A DNA stretch of 64,000 nucleotides, taken from Lingula anatina (Eukaryota; Animalia; Brachiopoda). The notes under the pieces were generated by a model. The model searched no databases. It had not been told where the DNA came from and was given only the letters and a program-made list of their open reading frames with translations. The stretch spans positions 3,720,001 through 3,784,000 of the forward strand of contig CM120642.1 in assembly GCA_051362555.1 (NCBI GenBank), written 5' to 3'. The translations under genes were made by a program, and so were the position numbers. Positions 13,670 to 25,600 of this stretch are shown piece after piece. The first letter of the stretch is position 1. The number at the start of each line of letters is the position of its first letter.

Positions 13670-16600
13670 GAGGGAGACAAAGAGGGAGAGAGAAATGGAG
13701 ATAATCCATTGCATCAGGATCAGTTTCAAGCTACCACTTTTCAACACTTTATCCTGTGTCGATTTAATAGGTTTAATAAATTAACATTTTAAGAAGGTCA
13801 TCTTTTCTTGAATAAACCCATTAGATAGGATTAAACATTCCCTGCATGTTTAGTTAATGTGAAATTAAATCATGATACATGCCTTTTAGGCATGAGGACA
13901 ATCTGGGTGTGAGACAGAAGTAAGATGGAAAGACATTTTATTCATGATCTGTTTGTGCTTATAAAGAAAGGATATTTATATCATGTCAATTTTTTTCTTG
14001 TTTTTGTATGTTCTCAAAAGGAATAGATCTGCTTAGATCTGCTGCATGATGTTAATTAAAACAGCAAGAGATCATAAGGACTAGAGCCTATTTACAAAGT
14101 TCTCATTAGCTAACAAGAGCTCATAAATCTCTCATTAGGGAGGAAAAGATCTCAGGAAGCTCTCATTAGTTCTCATGCCTGTTGCTGTGTTGTTTCCATG
14201 TTTTATCATACACATGCATAATAAATGAAACAAAGGTTGCTTAGGTACTGCAGATTGTTTTTATGGAATAGGGCTCGTCTTTTATTACAGTCAAACAAAG
14301 CAGACGAAACTGTATGATTTCAGCCTCTTAAAATTAGAGAGTTCGGGTATTTGTGACCCTTATTACAAAAGATTTCCACTTTGTCAGACTGTTTTGACAG
14401 TGCAGTGATAAATGAAAAAAATTGCAGTTAAGCTCTAAGAGAGAACTTATCCATAATGCATGGTTGAAAATCATTAAGTTTTCTCATTAATGACCATGTT
14501 TATTAGAATACTTCTCATTAGAAAACTTAACTAAATTATGTTCAAAAACTTAAAGCTTTGTGAAACAGGATCCTGGACAGTATAAGTCCAGATTACGTAT
14601 ACTAGATATAGAAGTGATACAAAATTACCACAAGAAAGTTCAACACACTTGTCAGCTAAAAAAATAACCCCTTTTATCTGAGATCATCACACAGCAACAC
14701 TTGCTATGACACACCACATTCTTATTTTGAGAAAAGATTTCTACAAATTCATAATCAACACATGGCCTCCATGTTTCAGGTGGTAGTTTTATCTCCTGAA
14801 GCTCTGCAGACTGCAGCATGCAGAAGTCAAGAAATGCTGGCTGTGTTACATCCTATGAAGAATGAAACTAGCCACAACATGGTACGTATCTCACCTATTG
14901 GGGTACTGGGTGCACTCCTGAACAATAAATTTTCTCCAAATTTGTCACTGGCGGTGTCCAAACTTTTGATTTCCCTTATTATCCAGCTGTAAGATTATGA
15001 CATTTTATCTAGAGAATTTTGGTATGTGTATTAAACTTGATTTCCAGAGCCAATATTATATCTGTTACAGTGGTAGAAATAAAGAGAAAAACTTTTTGAG
15101 TAAGATAAACTGTTTCAATAAAACTTCTTGTTGGAGATAAACTTTTTTACTATCAAAGTTTGAAGAGACGAGTATTAATGTTGCAGTTAAACTGTGGGGC
15201 ATTTAATTGTGTAGAACTGTAACAGTTGTCTAACTCCTATGGTTATGGTATTAATTATAATATATTATTTCTTAATAAGGTTGCACAATGCATTAATTTC
15301 TTACCTCTAATCACATAAAGCTGTTAAGCACTGTTAAGAACAAAGATTGTCAATAAACACTTGATATTGTTTTAAAACTACAGTTTTGCACCTAAAACAT
15401 TCCTAAATAAAAGTAAAAGTTATGGCCTCATTCCAGACACATGCCCTCAAAGCACTGTGCAATATGACACAAGACCAGTGGAAAAGTCTCTCCCAAGAAC
15501 TCCAAAGAATGGTAGATGCTAAGAAATTATCAAAAATGGTGAGTAACCTTAGGCAAAGGAACAATTAAGTGTTAACCCTTTGCTGTATTGTCAATATAAA
15601 CATCTTAGTAGGCGTAATGATATTTCTCATTAAATATACACTATTATATACTATATATAAAATTTGTAACCATTATATTCAGTATCTCTGTTAATCCCTT
15701 ACTTTGGTGTATTGTTTTTTGGTAATAGAGGGCATATGTATAAAATAAATCACTTAATGTCTCACCTCACTATTTCAGCTGAAAATGTCAGAAATGAATA
15801 TCACTGCTGCAGAAAAGAGGGTTAAGAAACTGGATGTGTATGTAAGTATGTAAATAGGAACACATTATCCTAAGCTGTTGGACAGATATCTGCTGCTTTG
15901 ACAACAGCTGAGGATTTGATTATCTCCTTGATAGCAGCTGTCTCTTCATCAACAGCTTGGATTATGATGTTTGTAAAACAGTTGAAATGACAAAAAGTTT
16001 AAAGAGAAACATGTCCCATGTCTGCATGTGCTTGTGAGTATACATGCACCCTTATCAGGTTTAACCTTGTAAAAATTTACAATTATTTCCATGAAAGGTT
16101 ATTTATTAAGTGGTAAAAATGAATGTATATTTTTTAGATCTTATTTTTGCATTTAGTAAAATATGTAAGCTAACATCAAGTCAACTTAATAGTAACCTTT
16201 AAAATCTCATTGTTGTGTTTTGATATTTGTCTTATCACTAACAGTAAGTGTTTTTCATGTCATTTCCTGTGTAGCATAAGTGCTACAGCTATCTACTGGC
16301 CCTTAAAATAATATTTTGATATGTTTCTCTTTTTATAGGTGAAAAAGTATACATGGTTCCAGAAAAATTTGTTGGAGTTAAGTCAGTTTGCATCAGCTAT
16401 GCCCCAAGACTCATGCAGAGGAAACATTGATCGCTATGGTAACATCATTACGACGACCACCACCACCACAACAACGACTACTCCCTCATCATTTCAAGAA
16501 GCTGTACACATCGCAGAGGTGGGTTGATTAGTATCATTTTGTAATTCATCATTTGCCTGTTGGATCAATCAGCTGTTTTTCTGATTTATTAGTACCAGGC

Positions 16601-19600
16601 TTATGTCAAGTATCTTTATTATGCTTATTATGCAGTTTTGGTTTTTGTGTTTTGTGTGGTTTTTCTGTGAATTTGAAATGTTACTAGTTTTTTTTAGGAT
16701 TATTGAAAAGCTTTTGAGAGATGCCCATATTATTAAGGAGAAAATAAACTGGGGACTTTCTTCAAATGTATCTCCATGAAATGTTTGAAAAACTGCTTCA
16801 TGCACTGGAAGTGACAATATTTTTGGGAAGTAATGACAGTGACTTGTATAAAAACACTGTTATTTCTAGCCTCCAGAGAAGACGATGACCAAGGTGAAAG
16901 ATAACAAGTTTGCAGGTTTAATGAAAATCTGGAGTGGATTGCAGAAGACAATATGTGGCAAACCTTTTAAGCTCACTGACGAACAAGTACAGCAGTTTGC
17001 AGAAGACAGAGACTTCAGTAAGTAACACACATTTTCATTTCAAATTCTCAATCATTTGTGGCCTAATTTCAGTTGATATGTGATTGATGTTTTGATATAC
17101 AGGTCTTAGCTTGCTCCAAAATAAAATTTCTTTTTGCAAAACACATGGAGGTTTTTATTCAAATCAAAATTTTTTACTATTTAAGGATAAATTTGATGAA
17201 GATTTATTGATCTAAAGTTAAAAATTAAGCCTCCAAGATTAGTTCCAGAAATGTATAATAATAATAATAATAATAGGTGTTTTTAGTATATAAATAACTG
17301 TGCTTTTATTTTGTACTGACATCTTTGCTCATATTTCAGAGTCTCTGGGGTTGTCTAAGGAGCAGGAATTTGAGATTGGAATCTTGGTCCACGTGTTGTA
17401 CAGTAATCCAAAGGTGTTATTTGCCCCAAACAACTCTGCTGCTGTGCAGAACATCATGAAAAAGGTATGGTTCCAGACATATGTTTTGTATATTTTTTTC
17501 GGTACCAGCATATTGGCCATAAAATATTTGATCTTTAAAACATACAGGCATATTAGACTTTGTACAGTAAATTCTTTTGTTTATAAAAAAAGTTCTCTTA
17601 TGAAAAATTGGAGTCATCCTAATAAGTTATATTGAAGCTTAGCCTAGTCAAAAAAAAAAAGGTAAAAAAGGATCTGCTCCTTCGTCTAAAGTCAAAATTT
17701 ATGCTATGCAATATTTTGTAGAAAAGCAGACCATTTTATGATGCAATGTTAATTATAAATTTTAGGCCAATGAAACATTTGCCCTGTTTGATGAAATCAC
17801 CCAGTATGCCAAGCAGTGGCTGAAAGTGTCATATGATCTGCGGGACTACCTGAACCAATCAGCTACCAGACAAAACTTGCTGTCATTGCAAGAAGTAGGT
17901 CACTTTTGTTTCATAACCATTAACCAATTTGTCTGTGATATAGATTTATATCTATTTTATTCAGAAGTTAAACTGAATTTTTAATTTTGTTGTTTACTTT
18001 TCCATATTTTAAATGGTTTTATCCTAGTTTTAGATGGAATCTCATTCTTCAATACTATAGTCCTTATTTTAGATGCAACCTAACATTCTGACTCCTGCGA
18101 TTCCAATTTTAGATGCAGTCTACAATTAGAAACCAGTACAGCATCCTGCCACGACTGAATATAAAGCACCCAGGCATCAACACATTCATCTACAACCTGA
18201 CCATTCCCACAGTGGATGAATTCCTCCATGAACTTGACGGCATTGACAGCGCTGCCTGCAGCTGGATCACCCTGGTCAATGGCATCAGTTTCAATATATT
18301 TGAAGGATTTAGGACAGAGAAGGAACTGGTGGACTATGTACTGCATAAAGCTTTCTCTCAAAATAAAACTGTGCTTGCTAGTAAGTTCCTTCTTCACTTT
18401 GTCAGGTTTTTCTTGAAGGGTAGCATTACACTGTTACATGTCTTCTCTTGGCACATGTCATGGCTGACTGGTTTGTATTTAGCACCCAGACCAGATATTT
18501 TTATATGGTTGAAAGGGTAAGAAGTCTTTTTTGTTTCACCATTAAGTGTCACTGGGGTTTTATTAATGTCAAAGACCCCCCCTCCCCATTTGCATTGAAG
18601 TTTTTAATAAAAGTGGCAATGTTATGATGTACTCTTTTTGATGAAGAATGTGTATTTTTCAGGTGTTGTTTTCACTAATATGAGGCCAGATGGAACCTTG
18701 CCACCGCACGTTGTCTACAAAATACGCCAAAATGCCTCGTTTACAGAAACCACCAAGGCCGTGCGTCCACGCTACTGGAGCCCAGGCAACAGACGCAATG
18801 GGTTCAAGTACTACTTCTTTGGCTTCGTCTGGATACAGGATGTGGTGGAGAGAGCCATCATAAATCTCCAGACTGGTCGCGATATCATAGAGCCTGGCAG
18901 TTACATTCATCAGTTTCCACAGCCCTGCTTCATGTATGATCAGTTCATCTTAATGATAGAGCATGTGATGCCATTGTGCCTGACCATCTCCTGGGTCTAC
19001 TCCGTCGCCATGCTGGTCCAGGGGATAGTCTACGAGAAAGAACAGCGGCTGAAGGAGGTGATGAAGATGATGGGACTGAACAACGCTGTCCACTGGCTGG
19101 CCTGGTTCATCACCAGTTTTGGACAGATGACTGTTACCATGGGGATGGTGACAATCATTTTGAAGTATGGAAATATTCTGACCTACAGTGATCCCCTCTT
19201 GGTGTTCTTGGTGCTGGAGTGCTTCGCTTTGGCCACCATATCGTTTTCGTAAGTATGAGGAGCAGTATGGGAATCACTGGATTCTAATGGGCCGTGGAGA
19301 AATCTGGAGTGTATTATATTGCAAATTTACAAAGATATGGATCATTTCAAATTTATTGCCTGTTTTTCTTTTCTACTGCTTAGTATTATCTCTAGTAGGG
19401 AAGTGCTGAATTTTACAGGGAAGAATATAGTTAAAAAGCAGTTTGTTTTGATTTACCACAATGTAACACGTAAAATTGTAGTTTTAACATTTAGTATTAA
19501 AATATATTTAATATTTATGAAAAATATTTTACACACATTTTAGGTTTTTCCTGAGTGTGCTGTACTCTAAGGCTAAGCTGGCAGCAGCCTGTGCTGGAAT

Positions 19601-22600
19601 CATCTATTTCCTGACTTATGTACCTTATATGTACATAGCCATCAGGGAGGAAGCTGCAGGGGACAAGGTGTCTGCTGTTACCAAGTCTATAGCTGTAAGT
19701 ACAGGGCAGGGAGACAACAAATAGGTTTTTTTTTTAGGGCTAGGGCTACTTAGTATTATGAAGATTTATGGTAGAATTCAGTATAGTGCTCTGTGGTTTT
19801 AATGAACTTTGAGTTTTACATTGAGTGGCTTTCAGTTAAGAATGTGAACCACAGATTTGGGTTTGGTGCCAAGAACATGGGTTTTGTTTATTTGCCAAGA
19901 ACTATAGACTTTGATTATTTCCCAATCTGATGTGGACCACAGCATTGTTTAAAATAATCCCCAAGTACTTTAAATTTTTTTATTAATTGCCTTCCAGTCT
20001 TGAAAATGGACTGCAGGTGGTTGGTTTGGGTGGCTAGTACTTTTGACTTTTTCACTGATAGCCTTCCCAATCTGATGTGGACCACAGCATTGTTTAAAAT
20101 AATCCCCAAGTACTTTAAATTCTTTTTCGTAAGAAGAATTTCGTTGGTCTTAACTGAGATCCGGTTGCGCGCGCAGGGCACTTTAGGTTGCACGCTAGTT
20201 GAAGCAAGGAGTCTTGGTGCAATACTCCTTGGTTGAAGGGCGAATTTGTCTAGTGGCGCTGATTTTTTTCACCGAAACGTGGTTTTGGGTGATTTTTATT
20301 GTGCACGTGGTGCATGCTATATCGTTATAGACAGTGGTCTTGCCGTTTGCAACGGTATTTGGCGCAATTTCAGTCAGGTTTCGTCGTCTGCTTCTGAACA
20401 CGTGGTGTCATAGCGGACGAAACTACATGTAGTACCATTACTAAAAATGGACCTGAACACGTGAGTGATGGCAGGAAGGGTAAAGGGAAGTCGGCTTCCA
20501 AAAACCCTAAGTCTGTGGAGAAATCCTCGTCAGAGGATAATATTATCCTCTGACGAGGATAATATTATGTCATTACTTGTATCTTTAAAAGCCTCTGTGG
20601 ACGCTCAGGACGGCAGGTTAGAGAACATCGTCAGCCGTATTGATAATATGGAGGCGCAATATGCTCAGTATGACGACGAAGTTTACGTCGATAATGAATG
20701 TGTTGAGCCGGAGGAGGCAGGCACAACGGGTGAAAAAAGGAAGTTGGACTCGTATCTTCCCGACACGGAAGACAACCTGTTTAAGCACATGGCCAAGAAG
20801 TTTAACATGTCGGAGGAAATGGCCGACAACGTGGATGATGTGCTGGCCAAAACTGTGAACGATCTTTTTATGAATGGCCTGGACGAACAACATTTAAACG
20901 AGTTGATTAAACAGAACCACAGGCCAGGTAACTGTGATTACCTGCAAGTCGTGAAAACCAACCAGTTGATATGGGACCAGGTCCCAGGTTGGACCAAAGC
21001 AAACGATAGGAAAATGCAAAACATAGCACATACTTTGGTTAAAGGTGCAAACATTTTAGTTAAAACTGTAAACCAGATGGCCTTATACGAAAGGAATCCA
21101 GAAAAGGACACGAGTGATCATATTGGCAGCATGATCGAAAACTGCAACGATGTCCTAGCACTCATGGGACATATGAACAGGCAGATAAATATGACAAGGA
21201 AAGATTTTTTGAAACCGCAATTGAGCGGAGAATATGCTCACCTCTGCAGTCATGAGCTGACTTACAGCCAAAAATTTTTATTTGGAGACGATCTTCCCAA
21301 AATGGCAAGGGATATAGAGGATTGCTCAAAAATCAAACATAAATTGTTTGACAGATCTCTCAGAGGACGTAGAGGACGTGGTGCCAGAGGCCGTGGATCT
21401 GTGTACAGAGGTGTTAATCGACCTACTGGAGGGGGAAGACCCAGAGTGTGGCAGGATGATCCTGGAGCAGGGCCTTCTTTTGCAAAAAACTATGTACGCA
21501 GGGGACAGAGGAATCTGCCCAAGCAATAAATGAGGTAAATAATTATTTTGAAGCAGGTAGATTGGCTGACTTTATTGATCAATGGAAACTGATTACAAGT
21601 GACCTATTTATTCTTGACATTGTAAAGCATTGTCATATTAATCTAGATTTCAACGGTGGGATTCCCGCCATTGTGAAATCAAATTGCAAGTTTAATAGGT
21701 TAGAAATGTCCATTATTGACATAGAAATTAAAAAATTATTGGACATGAAAGTGATTATTCCTGTGAATAGTGAAGCAGGCCAAATTTTATCACCGATTTT
21801 TTTGAGACAAAAAGAAAATGGTGAATACAGATTAATTCTGAATCTAAAGGAATTAAATCGGTTCATTCCATATCAGCATTTTAAGATGGAAACCTTTGAG
21901 AAAACCCTACCATTGATAACCAAAAATGTAAAAATGGGGTCTGTCGATATCCGTCATGCTTATTATTCAATTAAACTTGCAGATGAACAGCAAAAATTTT
22001 TTAGATTCCAGTGGAGGGATAAAATCTACCAATATACCTGCTTACCCAATGGGGTCAGTGAAGGCCCGCGATTGTTTACAAAACTTCTTAAACCAGTTTT
22101 TGGGAAACTGAGAAGTTTAGGTTATGTTAGTTCAGGGTACATTGATGACAGTTTAATAATTGGCAGTGATGATTTAGAATGTACGGAGAACTTAAATGCA
22201 ACAGTTACACTTCTGTCCAAATTGGGTTTCATCATAAATGAAGACAAATCAGTTTTGAGACCAACAAGCAAGTTAAAATTTTTGGGAAATGTTATTGATT
22301 CTGACAAAATGATAGTAACACTGCCACTTGACAGGCAGGAGAAAATAATTTCTGCATGCGAAGAGTTGTATAATGTTTCAAAGGCACCTATTAGACAAGT
22401 GGCGAGAGTCATTGGGTTGTTAGTAGCAAGTTTTTCAGCTGTGGATTATGGCAAACTGTACTATAGGAAGTTAGAAAGAGCAAAGATTAAGGCTTTACAA
22501 GAATCGAAGGGTAACTATGATGCACCCATGATAATATCAAACAGTATGAGGTCAGATTTAATTTGGTGGATTGTCAACTTGAAATCCCAGCATAGGGTTA

Positions 22601-25600
22601 TTGCTAGACCAAACCCCTCAGAGACTTTACATACAGACGCATCCACTTTAGGTTGGGGTGCAAGTTATAAAAACAATAATTTTGGAGGTAGATGGACGGA
22701 TGTAGAGGGTAAATTGCCTATTAATGTATTAGAATTAATGGCCATTTTGAATGCACTCAAGTCCCTCAAACGTGATCTTAAGTCAAAGCATATTAAGGTG
22801 ATGTCAGATAACACTACGGCAGTGTCATACATTAACAACATGGGAGGCACAGTTTCTGAAAACTGTAATAAAGTAGCATGTGACATATGGATTTGGTGTA
22901 TATCACATGATGTCTGGTTAACATGTACACATATAGCTGGCAAAAATAATGAGGCAGCAGATAAGGCTTCCAGAGAATTCAAGGATGATCTTGAATGGAA
23001 ATTAGACAGCAAGATTTTTCATAAGATATGTAATTTTTGGGGAATCCCAGATATAGACTGCTTTGCATCTAGAATAAATGCTCAAGTAGAAACATATTGT
23101 TCATGGAAGCCTGATCCAAACTGCTCTTTTGTTGATGCTTTTACCATTGACTGGGAAACTTTTAACTCAGTTTATTTGTTTCCACCTTTTAGCTTACTGG
23201 GAAACTGTGTGCAGAAAGTCAGACAGGACAGAGCCAAGGGAATCATTGTAGCACCAATGTGGCCCACACAAGCATGGTTTCCGAGACTGATGGAATTGTT
23301 GGTGGAGAAACCAGTCATAATACAGAAAAAGAAGAATCTTTTAAGACTTCCTCACCTGCAGTTGAAACACCCTTTGGAAGGGAAATTAAGACTGATTGCT
23401 TGCAAAGTGTCAGGAATAGTTTCAGAGAACGAGGATTTTCAGAGGACTCTACCAAAATACTTATGTTGTCTTGGAAAACAGGGACACAAAAACAATATAA
23501 CACACACATTAACAGGTGGTTTCAGTACTGTAGTAAAAGGACGATTACTCCACTTTCGCCAACTTTGGAAGCAGTAATCGAGTTTTTAACTGAACAATTT
23601 AATAAAGGTTTGGGTTATGAGAGTTTGAACACTGCACGTGGAGCTCTCTCAGCTTTAGGAATAAACTTTGATGGATTCAGAATTGGAAATCACCCATTAA
23701 TTATCAGATACATGAAGGGTGTGTTTGCAGCCAGACCATCACAACCCAGATACACAGAGGTGTGGGATGTTGAAAGAGTATTGACATATTTGAGGAAACT
23801 TTCTCCTGTTAAGCATATAACTCTCAAAGATTTGACATTAAAGCTAGTGATGCTCATGGCTCTGACTCAAGCTGCACGTACACAAACTTTGCAGTTGTTA
23901 AGTTTTCAAGGTTATAAAAAATTGAGAACTGAGTTTTTGTTCAAGTTAGATGGTTCTTTAAAACAAAATAGGCCAGGTTATAATGTTGTTTCAGTATCTT
24001 TTAAGGCCTACCCTCCAGACAGGAGGCTTTGTGTGTATACTGTATTGAAGGAATATTTGTTTCGCACAAAAGTCATGAGAAATGACAAGAACTGTGCACG
24101 TTTGTTAATAAGTTACATGAAACCACATCATAATGTCGCAAGAGACACAGTAGCAAGATGGATAAAAACTGTTATGAGTAGAGCTGGTATAGACACTTAT
24201 ACATTTAGCTCTCACAGTGTTAGAGCTGCAGCTACCTCTAAGGCAAAAGCCTCTGCAGTACCTATATCAGTCATTATTGACAAAGCTGGTTGGTCTAAGA
24301 AAAGTACTTTTGCGAAGTTCTATGACAAGCGCATTGTAAGTAATCAAGACAGATTCCAGGATGGAGTTCTGGGTAAATAAAGAATCTTTTGAAATGAATG
24401 AAATGTTTGTCACATCAAGCTTTAAAGTCTCAGTTAAGACCAACGAAATTCTTCTTACGAAAAAGAATTTAAAAAATTAAACGAGACTTACCTTGGTTAA
24501 GTCGAAGTTTGATTTCAATTCTTTGAGTAAAGAATTGAGGGAGGGCTTAACTGCCACCCTCCCACCCAACTTTGGGTTACAGCTCATTGCTTGTATTATA
24601 GAGGAAGAGAGCTGTGGGGAATTAATGTAATTAATTCCATGTGGTTAATGTGACAAACACTTTGAAAAGTGCCCTGCGCGCGCAACCGGATCTCAGTTAA
24701 GCCCTCCCTCAATTCTTTACTCAAGGAATTGAAATCAAACTTCGACTTAACCAAGGTAAGTCTCGTTTAATTTTTTAAATTTTTTTATTAATTGCCTTCC
24801 AGTCTTGAAAATGGACTGCAGGTGGTTGGTTTGGGTGGCTAGTACTTTTGACTTTTTCACTGATTGCCTTCCAGTCTTTGATGTCAACCACAGCATTTGG
24901 TTTGGGTGCCAAGTACTTTGCGTTCTATGAGGAGGAGGGGGTTGGTGTCCAGTGGAGCAACATGAACATCTCTCCAGTGGAGGAGGACCAGTATAACCTG
25001 TACTATGTCACTGTCATGATGCTGGTGGATACTCTCATCTATGGGATCTTAGTCTGGTACATAGAGAATGTCCACCCAGGTAAGATAGAGCAACACATTC
25101 TGAAGCCAATTTCACAAGAGAATTAAGACCAAAAGTTTGTCTTTAGTTTTAAGCCAAATTGTGTAGTCTGTTTCGATCTAGGATAGGTATATAGTAACCT
25201 ATTTAAATGAAATTTTGCACCTGGCTTATAAAAAGAAAGAATAAATGTTTAAATTTTGAGACCAGGATGAAGCAGTCTATGACAGATATGTCCTGATGTA
25301 GTAGGCTTAAGTAGCCTGTTGTAAGTTAAGAGCAACTTTAAGTTTGAAGTCCTTTTCTGAAACTGTCCCCGTAGATATATGTACGTGATATTTGTGTGTG
25401 TAACAAAAGATTCTGGAAAGCAAATTGTGCTCAAGTCAGATTTTATTTTTGTAATCGGACAATTATAAAACTTTAAGTGATGAGGTATTTTGATTTTAAG
25501 TAAAAGTGAAATATTTATGAGGTTTGAGCATTTCTTGTTTTTGACATTATTACAATACTTAACCATGAAGGTGATTTCTTCAGGTTCCTACGGTCTTCCC

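Larger units (their letters stand above)
20114..24781 (+). mobile_element. DIRS1-type tyrosine-recombinase retrotransposon, full length
   Basis: Inverted terminal repeats 20149-20184 and 24666-24701 (36 bp, perfect). Internal complementary region 24428-24553 pairs with the left end (20114-20159) and with the right extension (24694-24773; 1 mismatch seen). Gag, RT/RH/MT and YR ORFs in DIRS1 order. Confidence 0.96.

Noticed and set aside
14945-15175. Tc1-like inverted ends (tccaaacttttgat / atcaaagtttgaa)
   Set aside because: Too degenerate to define boundaries or a TSD.
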